A stretch of DNA of 64,000 nt from Terriglobia bacterium (GCA_963695545.1 OY968796.1:2944001-3008000), one strand, 5' to 3'. Numbered from the stretch's first letter, positions 11,163 to 19,015 are shown. Notes: a model not told the origin generated them from the letters alone. Translations and numbers: made by a program.

Positions 11163-11709
11163 GGCGGGCAGGCCGGGCGATCGCTGGGTTGGTTTCTTAG
11201 CAATAGGGAACTGGCCGGGAGGAAAGTCCGGACACCGTGGACTCGGGCCGCAAGGTCCGAACCTAAGGGCAACGCGCCTGGTAACGCCAGGGCGCCGGGC
11301 CGCAGAAATCGGGCGCGCAATGCGCGCCTGGGCGGAACGGCGACGGACAGTGCCACAGAAAATAAACCGCCGGTGCGGCGTTTCGGTGACGGCCGGGAGG
11401 AAAAACCTCTCGGAGGTCGCTATCAAAAATAGACGACGCGCATGGTAAGGGTGAAACGGTGGGGTAAGAGCCCACCGCGTCTCGAGAGATCGAGACGGCA
11501 CGGAAAACCCCGCGTGGTGCAAGGCCAAATAGGAGGGGAGGGCCGGCCCGGCCCGCAAGCGACGCATTCTTCGGAATGCGACGCCGTGACCCTCGGGTAG
11601 GCTGCTGGAGCCCGCGTGCGAATGCGGGCCTAGAGGAATGATTGCCACGGCGTGCGATTCTTTAGGGGATCGCGCGCCGCACAAAATCCGGCTTACAGGC
11701 CTGTCCGCC
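11163..11709 (+). ncRNA. rnpB: RNase P RNA (bacterial type A, expanded, ~547 nt)
   Basis: GAGGAAAGTCCGG (CR-I), AGTGCCACAGAAA, GGGTGAAACGGTGGGGTAAGAGCCCACCG, GCAAGGCCAAATAGG, TAGAGGAATGA and ACAAAATCCGGCTTA (CR-V). The ends GGCGGGCAGGCC / GGCCTGTCCGCC pair as P1. Confidence 0.96.
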
Positions 11710-11815
11710 ATCTTCTTTCGCCTCGGTTGAGGTTTGCTCCCGCGCGTTTCTTTTGTCCCCGATGTGTGCCGGCTGCGGGCGAAATCTTGCTTGCGAAACT
11801 CCATTTTGCTGGGGA

Positions 11816-12267
11816 GGGGGGTACACCCCCGGGTATGTTTTGCGTAAGAGCGGCAAACACAGGACTTGCAGGAAAAGAGTGACGAAGAGTGCGCAAGAGA
11901 TTGAAAACAGTCGGTTTGCGGACGTTTATTTTCAACGAGATGCGCACTCTTTTGCAGTCGACTGAACAGCAATGGCTTAGAGCTGCGGATATATACGCGT
12001 GAGTGCACTTTGATCGAATTGTATCGATGAAATTTGGTAGGGGGAGTAGGGCGAGAGGAAGCAAGCCTGCCTGAAGGTTGGCAGGCTTCGCCCACAGGCG
12101 CGGAAAATTCGCGAGCGCCGGAAGCGAGCCAGGCGCGGCAAGTTGGCGATGTGGCCTGCGGCGAGGGTACGCGTTTGCAGTTCATACCGAACGGTAGCAC
12201 AGCCATAGCGTACGTGTCAATAATAACATGTGGGTTATTCGAAAAGTCTGTGGAAATTCATTCGAAA
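11816..12267 (-). repeat. Dispersed intergenic element family 1, copy B
   Basis: Reverse complement matches copy C at 37/39 nt in the upstream box and 30/31 nt in the core TGCAAAAGAGTGCG(C/T)ATCTCGTTGAAAATAA. Also shares ATCGATACAAT and an AAAACATACC(C)GGGGGT end. Confidence 0.88.
12191..12220 (-). promoter_or_regulatory. sigma70-type promoter at the head of element copy B
   Basis: Minus strand TTGACA (12220-12215), 18 bp, extended -10 TGc-TACCGT (12196-12191). Confidence 0.65.
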
Positions 12268-12495
12268 TGTGGCGGGAAGCGAATCTGGAAAGCGAACTCA
12301 CCATCCTTTGCTTCGCAAAAGATGAACCGCCCTCGGGCCAAAGGCTGATCCACCCGCCATTACTCAATTTCGAGTGTTCAATTTTGCTCATCCTGCATGT
12401 GGTCAATTTTGGTCATCTAGACGGGTTTGTCCCACGGGTCTACGATTGCCGGGCGCTGGGCAAGTTTTCTGAGTTGATTGAAGGAGCACACCCGA

Positions 12496-13167
12496 ATGCC
12501 GAGTAAGCGCAGTCTCGGTGTCAGTCACGCAGCTCTCCGCAAAAAGTTCCGCAACGGGATGACTTATCGGAATTACCGAGACAAGGAGGTCGTCTTTTCG
12601 CAGGGGGATCCGGCTGATTCTGTTTTCTACGTCGAAAGCGGGACGGTAAAGCTGACGGCGGTTTCTACTCGAAAGAAAGCCATAATCGCCATCCTACAGC
12701 GAGGCAGTTTTTTTGGCGAAGGAAGTCTAACCGGGCAAGCTCTACGGATTTGCACGGCGAGATCAATTGGGCAATCCAACGTCATTCGACTGCAAAAGCA
12801 GAGGATGGCTCGCGTGCTCAAGAGAGACCCGCGCTTTGCAGCGCTGTTCGTCGGATATTTACTTTCGCGGGTGGTTCGAATCGAGGAAGACCTGATCGAT
12901 CAATTCTTCAATTTCAGCGAAAGGCGATTGGCGCGGGTTCTGTTGTTGTTTGGCGAAATAACCAAGGAATCGAAGTCGGATTCCCCTCTGAAGGTGAGCC
13001 AATCAACCCTGGCGGAGATGGTTGGTACCACCCGCCCGCGGGTAAGTAAATTCATGAACGAGTTTAAGAGGAAGGGCTTGGTCAGTTACAACGGAGGCTT
13101 GCAAATAAATAGCGCACTGCTCATAGCGTTCCTAGAAAATCGCCCGATGTCCGTCAAGAGATCATAG
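12496..13167 (+). CDS. Crp/Fnr family transcriptional regulator
   Basis: cNMP-binding domain (VFSQGDPADSVFYVESG.VKL...GSFFGEG) and HTH (SQSTLAEMVGTTRPRVSKFMNEFKRKG). AAGGAG RBS. Confidence 0.92.
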   Translation: MPSKRSLGVSHAALRKKFRNGMTYRNYRDKEVVFSQGDPADSVFYVESGTVKLTAVSTRKKAIIAILQRGSFFGEGSLTGQALRICTARSIGQSNVIRLQKQRMARVLKRDPRFAALFVGYLLSRVVRIEEDLIDQFFNFSERRLARVLLLFGEITKESKSDSPLKVSQSTLAEMVGTTRPRVSKFMNEFKRKGLVSYNGGLQINSALLIAFLENRPMSVKRS

Positions 13168-13215
13168 GTCCAGCCAGGTGGTCCCGGCTTTTCACACCAT
13201 GACCGTCGGACCGCG

Positions 13216-13590
13216 ATGCAGTGGAGTCAAGAGATGAAAATACAACACCAAACAAAAAAGGGAATATCTGCCGTGCCCTGTCCTACGTGTGGCGTCGCTG
13301 CCGGGAAGCGCTGCGTTCTGATCGCGGGCGGCCCACGAAACGAGCCACACTGGAACCGAAGGATCGCGGCGGCTGATGTTGTGGAAAAAGAAGAGGATTC
13401 GAACTCACCGATGAGACTCCGAAACGTGCCCTTCGCCCAAAAGAATAGAAGAGAGAAAAAATCGGACGCTGCATTCTTGGCGCTAATAGCCCGGGTGAGA
13501 AAGGAACTTGCGAGACCGCTGCTTACGAAGTCAGTCAGAGAGAGACGGCGGCAGAGGGACAGATCGAATCATGGAACGCAGATTAGTTGA
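13216..13590 (+). CDS. Small basic protein with putative CxxC-x7-C-x11-H zinc finger
   Basis: AVPCPTCGVAAGKRCVLIAGGPRNEPHWNRR. The start may be 13234. Confidence 0.55.
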   Translation: MQWSQEMKIQHQTKKGISAVPCPTCGVAAGKRCVLIAGGPRNEPHWNRRIAAADVVEKEEDSNSPMRLRNVPFAQKNRREKKSDAAFLALIARVRKELARPLLTKSVRERRRQRDRSNHGTQIS

Positions 13591-14386
13591 GCTTCGACAG
13601 CCCGGCTTTGAGGGATGGGTGTGCAGTGAGTGTGGGCACGTGTTCATAACGATGTTGGATTGCGTTCCCACTGGTCTGACGCTGGACGAGATTATCGGCC
13701 ATTTCAAAGTGCTGCGAGAGCAGGCTTTCGCCAAGCATCGGTGCCCGAGTTCTTGGGAAAGCCGAGGTTATCGAGAGACTGAAGTGGAAATCAGCAAAGC
13801 GAAAGCTGAACGCATGGGTTTGGACGGGTGGCCTGACCCGCCGAACAGTCAGTCTGCGCCGTATGAAAATCGCTCAGGCGTGATGGCGATGCCACACCAA
13901 ATCAACGCGAAGGAAGAGGAGAGGGTTTGTGCCGCCAAGGAGTATTGCGAAGGGTACGCCTACGGGGTTTGTGAGGGACGACGGTGTTCGGCGCCCAAAG
14001 CTGACGCAGGCCAACCTTCGTATCGAGCTGGATTCGCCAGGGGCGTCACCGCCGCGCAACGGACCAGACAGGGCGAATCATCCGCGGCGGGCGGCTCAAA
14101 AGATATCGCCTCTGACGCAGTTCGCCGTCCGGGGGACGATCGTAGGCCGCTGGCCCAAACTCTTACGGAAGAGCAGTCGAACGGAGGGCAATTCCCGCAG
14201 CGTGGTATCGGGGCGAGCGCAGAAAAAGGGTGGCAAGATATTTTACTGGAGCTGTACCGTCGCCTCCTATTGTTTGAAGACTTAGCCATTCTTGCAGCAG
14301 AGGAAGAGGCGGCGATCGAAGTCGTCCGCGCTGGAATCGTTAAGCGCCTCGCGAAAACCTGCGTGGTGCTGCCTATACCGGGATAA
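13571..14386 (+). CDS. Hypothetical protein; N-terminal ~60 aa is a CxxC...HxC module homologous to 60809-61021
   Basis: RRLVELRQPGFEGWVCSECGHVF...TLDEI...REQAFAKHRC. The remainder is low-complexity and may be several fused or decayed small ORFs. Confidence 0.5.
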   Translation: MERRLVELRQPGFEGWVCSECGHVFITMLDCVPTGLTLDEIIGHFKVLREQAFAKHRCPSSWESRGYRETEVEISKAKAERMGLDGWPDPPNSQSAPYENRSGVMAMPHQINAKEEERVCAAKEYCEGYAYGVCEGRRCSAPKADAGQPSYRAGFARGVTAAQRTRQGESSAAGGSKDIASDAVRRPGDDRRPLAQTLTEEQSNGGQFPQRGIGASAEKGWQDILLELYRRLLLFEDLAILAAEEEAAIEVVRAGIVKRLAKTCVVLPIPG

Positions 14387-14654
14387 TTTCCCTGCAACAG
14401 CAATGCAACGAGCCCGAGTGAGGCGCCGCCTCCGTCATTGCATGGGTCACAGTTCCAAAGAAAGCGACGGAAATTGTGACGTACCTTCAGGCTTTGGCGC
14501 GTCGTGTGACGCGCTGGATGAGAAAAGATGCCAGCCTGGGGCCCGGCGCGGCGAGGGCGGCCTCGGAGGCGTGCGGCGGGAATGCGTGAAGCCTCGTGTC
14601 GCCGTTACGGGGCTCAAAGAAAACATTTGGGGAGGGTGGGGCGGGTCGGCCTAC

Positions 14655-14684
14655 GCAGAGCTTACGCCCTGGGCTAAGCTCTGC
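14655..14684. repeat. REP-like hairpin
   Basis: GCAGAGCTTA-c-GCCC-t-GGGC-TAAGCTCTGC near-perfect palindrome. Confidence 0.6.
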
Positions 14685-14812
14685 CGCCCCTGCGGCGCTT
14701 GTCATCGAGTGGGGAGCGCGATTTTGGCCTGTAATGTCTGGGTGGTGAGTTGGTGTTGCGGGCTGACGCGAACGCGAATGAGTTGGCGCGGTTTCCCGCA
14801 TGAAGACAAGAT

Positions 14813-14835
14813 GGAGGCCTGAAGGCCTCCGCTAC
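14813..14835 (-). repeat. GTAG-type REP-like palindrome
   Basis: Minus strand GTAGC-GGAGGCC-TTCA-GGCCTCC. Confidence 0.6.
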
Positions 14836-14868
14836 GTAAACCTCGGCGATCGTGCCAAAGATTTACCG

Positions 14869-14983
14869 GGCGGGTGGTACACGCTTCCGCGAGCTTGAGC
14901 ATTTTCGGTCTCGGCGCGCGGGTTACACCACTAGCCATCTCTACGTTGGAGTAACATTGCGCGTCAAAGGCTGCGCCGCGCGC
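14869..14983 (+). repeat. Repeat family 2 (~115 bp), copy 1
   Basis: Aligns without gaps to 16357-16472 (shared ATTTTCGGTCTCGGCGCGCGG, TTGGAGTA, TTGCGCGTCAAAGG). Confidence 0.85.
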
Positions 14984-15079
14984 TTGGCTGGAGGCTTGAA
15001 AACTTACAAAGTCAGATGTAAATTATCGGCCGCTTGGGAGGTCGAAACGCAAATTCCGGCTCAGATCATTGTCAGCGCA

Positions 15080-15544
15080 GTGTCGTGGCTCGTGGCGATG
15101 TCTTTCGCGGCCGTGTGGGGCGCGCACCTCTACCAAACGACGGTTCTCTTTCCGGCGTGGGTCTCTGAGCTTCCGAAATCCCTGATCGAATGGCTCGCGA
15201 CTCCGTATTCGATGAGGGTTCCCGGATTTTACCGAAGGGTTCTGGGCGTCCTTTATACCTTCGCGACGATCGCGGTGATTGTCGCGGTCGTGACGGGCCT
15301 GCGAATGCGGCTGGGCCTGGGGATCGCAGGCGTTTGCGGGCTTATCCACCTAGCGCTGAACTTGCTGATCTTCCTACCTACGAACCTGAAGCTCGGCCTT
15401 GACCCCGGGGGACCCGGCGCATCGAGTCTCGATCCGCAGGTGGTTAAGATGCTGGTCCGACGGTGGGGCGGATGGAACTTCGTGCGTCTCGGCGTCGAGA
15501 CGGCAGGATTGATCGCGGCGCTCTTCGCGGTCAAAGCTTCATAG
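15080..15544 (+). CDS. DUF1772/anthrone-oxygenase-like membrane protein (start uncertain)
   Basis: GAHLYQTTVLFPAW...FLPTN.KL...RRWGGWNFVR pattern with four hydrophobic segments. Confidence 0.6.
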   Translation: MSWLVAMSFAAVWGAHLYQTTVLFPAWVSELPKSLIEWLATPYSMRVPGFYRRVLGVLYTFATIAVIVAVVTGLRMRLGLGIAGVCGLIHLALNLLIFLPTNLKLGLDPGGPGASSLDPQVVKMLVRRWGGWNFVRLGVETAGLIAALFAVKAS

Positions 15545-15595
15545 AGAAACATCTGATTGACGATCGTCCCAGATGCCAAGTCCGGACGAACGGGG

Positions 15596-15677
15596 TAGGT
15601 CCTGATACGTCGGATTTCAGGACATCTGCCGTGGCCGCGGATTCCACTTCTCCGGTTGGCGCATTAGTCAGGCGCTA
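15596..15677 (+). repeat. Repeat family 3 (~72-82 bp, IR-bounded), copy A
   Basis: TAGgtCCTGAT...GTCAGGcgCTA ends. Core 15601-15672 aligns without gaps to 17026-17097 (49/72 by hand). Confidence 0.7.
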
Positions 15678-15778
15678 AGCAGGCCGCCCCCATGGAAAAT
15701 GAGGTTTGCGCGTGACTGGCACCGGGATTCAGAGTAGATTCCGTGCCTTCCGGGAACCCGCAAACCGAGGAGAAAAAG

Positions 15779-16270
15779 ATGAAATATACGATTCGTCTTG
15801 CATGTGCGGTTGTTGCTTTTGCGGCAGTAACCATCCCTGTCCATGCGCAAATGAAATACTCTTGGACCACGCATTGCGCGACGACCCCTATATTCCAAAC
15901 TGTGCCTGCAAGTGAACACGGAGGCGTTCAGATCCAGGTCGCGTTGGGACCAATAGAAACATGCAGCGTCACGGGAAGCATGGGTGCAACGCCAATCAAA
16001 GAGAGCGAGTATGCCAACTACAATGAACTCGTGGGAAACCAAGTCAGAATATGGGGTGTGAAGGTGATGACGTTAGCCACTGGCGACAAGGTTTATGCCA
16101 TATACGGGGGTGTTCGGAATATCTCACAGACAACCTACACCCAGACCTATCAGATAACGGGCGGCACCGGCAAGATGCAAGGCATCAAAGGTTCCGGCGT
16201 ATGCACGAGCACCAACGCCGCTGACATGAGCGCGACCTCATCGTGCACCGGTTCCTACACACTCCCTTAA
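15779..16270 (+). CDS. Secreted beta-barrel protein, allene-oxide-cyclase/dirigent-like
   Basis: Signal peptide MKYTIRLACAVVAFAAVTIPVHA and YQITGGTGKMQGIKGSG motif. GAGGAG RBS; lower GC than the backbone. Confidence 0.7.
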   Translation: MKYTIRLACAVVAFAAVTIPVHAQMKYSWTTHCATTPIFQTVPASEHGGVQIQVALGPIETCSVTGSMGATPIKESEYANYNELVGNQVRIWGVKVMTLATGDKVYAIYGGVRNISQTTYTQTYQITGGTGKMQGIKGSGVCTSTNAADMSATSSCTGSYTLP

Positions 16271-16345
16271 GCGCCTGACTACCTGGATCGGTGAGGAGCA
16301 CTACGAAGCTGGCACCTTTGGCGACTCGTCCGACGATCAGGCTGA
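16268..16345 (-). repeat. Repeat family 3, inverted copy D
   Basis: Reverse complement begins CCTGATCGTCGGA and ends TAGTCAGGCGCT, matching both ends of copy A. 16270-16281 is a perfect 12-bp inverse of 15665-15676. Confidence 0.65.
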
Positions 16346-16356
16346 TCGTTCGTCGC

Positions 16357-16472
16357 GGCGGGCGGCGCATCCTTCCGTGAGCGTGTGGATTTTCGGTCTC
16401 GGCGCGCGGATGATGCCGCTGGCGAGCTTCACCTTGGAGTAGTGTTGCGCGTCAAAGGCCGCGCGACCCGCC
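16357..16472 (+). repeat. Repeat family 2, copy 2 (imperfect terminal IRs)
   Basis: Left end GGCGGGCGGCGCATCCTT versus reverse complement of right end GGCGGGTCGCGCGGCCTT. Confidence 0.85.
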
Positions 16473-16507
16473 AGTAGACGCAGTTTACTAAAGAAAAGGA
16501 GATTTCT

Positions 16508-16996
16508 ATGACACCCCAAGCCATCGATCTGCACATCAATCCATCCGACGAGACCATACGTCTCGGCCCGCTCGCGGTGCGCTTCTTGCTTACCGGAGAC
16601 AACTCGACGGGCAGCGTCGCAGCATTTGAGCTCATGGTACCGGGCGCGCAGCGCCTGATGGCTCCGGCGCACAGCCACGATCATTACGAGGAGACAATCT
16701 ACGGCATCGAAGGAACGTTGACCTGGACTGTGAACGGAAAGCAGATTGACGTCGGGCCGGGGCAGGCACTCTGCATTCCGCGAGGCGCCATCCACCGGTT
16801 CGACAACAACGGCAGCCAGGACGTGAAGGCGCTCTGCGTGATCACGCCAGCCGCGCTAGGTCCGCAGTTCTTCCGCGAGTCTGCCGAGGCAATCAACGCG
16901 GCGGCAGGTGGTCCGCCGGACCGAGCAAAGATGGCGGAGATCATGCGTCGCCACGGCCTCACTCCGGCTCCGCCCCCGCCGCCGCCCCAGGCGTAG
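16508..16996 (+). CDS. Cupin-domain protein (quercetin dioxygenase-like)
   Basis: PAHSHDHYEETIYGIEG and IPRGAIHRFDN cupin motifs. AAGGAG RBS. Confidence 0.9.
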   Translation: MTPQAIDLHINPSDETIRLGPLAVRFLLTGDNSTGSVAAFELMVPGAQRLMAPAHSHDHYEETIYGIEGTLTWTVNGKQIDVGPGQALCIPRGAIHRFDNNGSQDVKALCVITPAALGPQFFRESAEAINAAAGGPPDRAKMAEIMRRHGLTPAPPPPPPQA

Positions 16997-17025
16997 CGCC
17001 GGCAACTCGGTTGCGATTCCATTAG

Positions 17026-17102
17026 TCTGGTAAGTCGGATAACCGGACATCTCCGGAACCCGTGGATTTCGTTCGTACGGTAAGCGCGTTTATCAGGGGT
17101 TG
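17026..17102 (+). repeat. Repeat family 3, copy B
   Basis: TCTGGTAAGTCGGAT..GGACATCT...GCGCGTTTATCAGG, a gapless match to copy A. Confidence 0.7.
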
Positions 17103-17164
17103 ACCGAGACCGGTTCGCATTGCGACGGTTCAGATTGCTGGACGACAGGTGTACATTGCCTTTC

Positions 17165-17365
17165 GTGACTAGGGACGACTGGTGGATTGCGGCGAAGATA
17201 CTTGTCGGCCTGCCTGTGCTGTTCTACGTCGTGCTATCGGTTCATGAGCGGCAAAGGGAGATATGGCGAAAACCGAAGAGAAAGGTACTAATTGCTTTCA
17301 TCGTTGCCTGGAGTTTAGTTTTGTGTTTCGCTGCGCTCGTTTTTGCTTGGAAGGCTCTTCGATAG
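17165..17365 (+). CDS. Small two-TM membrane protein
   Basis: AT-rich ORF with two hydrophobic helices around a basic loop, lying between family-3 copies B and C. Confidence 0.5.
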   Translation: MTRDDWWIAAKILVGLPVLFYVVLSVHERQREIWRKPKRKVLIAFIVAWSLVLCFAALVFAWKALR

Positions 17366-17384
17366 AAGAGTCATGTCCCTACTT

Positions 17385-17423
17385 GGAGCCACCTCTCCGG
17401 TTACCGCGTTTATCAGGAGCTAG
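17385..17423 (+). repeat. Repeat family 3, 3' half copy C
   Basis: CGGTTACCGCGTTTATCAGG (17398-17417) matches CGGTAAGCGCGTTTATCAGG (17078-17097) at 18/20. CCAC.TCTCCGGTT is shared with copy A; ends ATCAGGagCTAG. Confidence 0.65.
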
Positions 17424-17500
17424 GTCGGCGAAGCCTATGCAGAGAAACGGCGCGCAGCCATATCGACGATATGATCGACGATATGGGAGACTTATATTCC

Positions 17501-18523
17501 ATGAAGAAAATTGGCTTCCTCTCGTTCGGTCATTGGGCGCCTTCACCGCAGTCACGAACGCAATCGGCGAGCGACGCGCTGCTGCAATCCATTGACATCG
17601 CCGTGGAGGCCGAGCGCCTCGGAATGGACGGTGCGTACTTTCGCGTTCATCACTTCGCGCAGCAACTGGCATCACCTTTTCCACTGCTCGCGGCGGTGGG
17701 TGCTAAGACTCGAAGGATTGAGATTGGCACCGCAGTGATCGATATGAGGTATGAAAATCCTCATTACATGGCGGAGGACGCTGGGTCCGCGGACCTGATC
17801 TCTGGCGGGCGACTCCAGTTGGGAATCAGCCGCGGTTCGCCCGAGCAAGTGATCGATGGTTGGCGCTATTTTGGCTATCAACCGATTAAAGGCGAGGACG
17901 ACGAAGGCATGGGCCGAAGACATGCCGAAGAGTTTCTTGAGTTGCTACGCGGAAAGGGCTTCGCTCAGCCTAACCCACGTCCGATGTTTGCCAATCCTCC
18001 GGGACTCCTGCGTCTTGAGCCATACTCTGCGGGATTGCGCGATCGAATTTGGTGGGGGTCGGCTTCCAACGCGACAGCGGTATGGGCCGCGAAGCTGGGA
18101 ATGAACCTGCAGTCGTCAACACTGAAATTCGACGAGACCGGCGAGCCGCTGCACATCCAACAGGCCGCACAGATTCGCGCCTTTCGCGCGGCCTGGAAGG
18201 ATGCGGGTCACAAGCGCACGCCGCGCATTTCTGTTAGCCGGAGTATTTTTGCGTTGGTTGATGACCGTGATCGCCGCTATTTCGGACGAGGCTCCGAGGA
18301 GGAGGACAAAATCGGATTCCTTGACGAAAATACGCGGGCGATCTTCGGTCGCAGCTACGCTGCCGAGCCAGATATTCTGATCGAGCAGCTTAGGGGAGAC
18401 CAGGCGATCGCTGAGGCTGACACGCTGTTGCTAACCATTCCGAATCAACTAGGTGTCGCGTATAACGCGCACGTGATGGAGGCAATTCTGACTACCGTCG
18501 CTCCAGCCCTCGGTTGGCGCTAA
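17501..18523 (+). CDS. LLM-class flavin-dependent oxidoreductase (luciferase-like monooxygenase)
   Basis: MKKIGFLSFGHW...AERLGMDGAYFRVHHF...IEIGTAVIDMRYENP...GRLQLGISRG. Confidence 0.92.
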   Translation: MKKIGFLSFGHWAPSPQSRTQSASDALLQSIDIAVEAERLGMDGAYFRVHHFAQQLASPFPLLAAVGAKTRRIEIGTAVIDMRYENPHYMAEDAGSADLISGGRLQLGISRGSPEQVIDGWRYFGYQPIKGEDDEGMGRRHAEEFLELLRGKGFAQPNPRPMFANPPGLLRLEPYSAGLRDRIWWGSASNATAVWAAKLGMNLQSSTLKFDETGEPLHIQQAAQIRAFRAAWKDAGHKRTPRISVSRSIFALVDDRDRRYFGRGSEEEDKIGFLDENTRAIFGRSYAAEPDILIEQLRGDQAIAEADTLLLTIPNQLGVAYNAHVMEAILTTVAPALGWR

Positions 18524-18543
18524 ATCGCCGCCAGATTTGCCGG

Positions 18544-18654
18544 GGCGGGCGGCGCAGCCTTCCGTGAGCGTGTGCAGTTGCGGTTGCCGCGCGCGGATGA
18601 TGCTACTTGCGACCTTCATCCTGGGCAACATTGCGCGTCAAATGCCGCGCCGCC
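18544..18654 (+). repeat. Repeat family 2, copy 3
   Basis: GGCGGGCGGCGCAGCCTTCCGTGAGCGTGTG...GCGCGCGGATGATGC...TTGCGCGTCAAA, with a one-base gap relative to copy 2. Confidence 0.85.
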
Positions 18655-19015
18655 TTAAATCATCTCAGTGCGCCGCCGGTTGCGGCGGCATGTACGAAGG
18701 AATCGGGCCCGGCGTCAGCGTGCCCAGATTGCGCGTCGCGTTGCGCGGCGCAAAAGTGTAGTCGCCGTTCGGGTCGTCGCCGGCGATTGTTCTCCCCCGC
18801 CCGCCGAATGTCTTCGCTCTCACCCGTCTCCCGCGGCGTACAATGCGGCCACTCGCTACACCCAGGGCGATCAGCCAGCATTCGACGCAAGACGGCCAGA
18901 GAGTGTGCACAGAGCGACTGGATGCGTGCGATGCTGTAGCTTGGTGGACGAATCGGGCGACGATGTGGGAACGTAGGGCCGAGGGCGACGAATTGAGAGA
19001 GAGGGAGGCGTCAAG

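Larger units (their letters stand above)
12270..18660. other. Accessory region of small, visibly lower-GC genes and short repeats downstream of rnpB
   Basis: More A/T-ending codons than the backbone, unrelated small + strand genes and three kinds of repeats. No mobility gene found. Confidence 0.6.

Noticed and set aside
9651..12206. 851-aa ORF as a single real protein
   Set aside because: Only the last 465 codons are a beta-CASP RNase; the rest is antisense rnpB and element copy B. Kept only as a speculative finding.
12270..14800. Prophage or IS remnant downstream of rnpB
   Set aside because: No integrase, transposase or phage structural motif recognised, and no flanking duplication of the rnpB end found by eye.
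14292..14822. 176-aa ORF across the REP-like hairpins
   Set aside because: Overlaps the previous ORF and palindromic repeats, with non-protein-like composition.
14869..18654. Classical integron attC sites or CRISPR repeats
   Set aside because: I found no RYYYAAC...GTTRRRY pairs and no intI, and the spacing is gene-sized, so they are reported as unnamed repeats instead.
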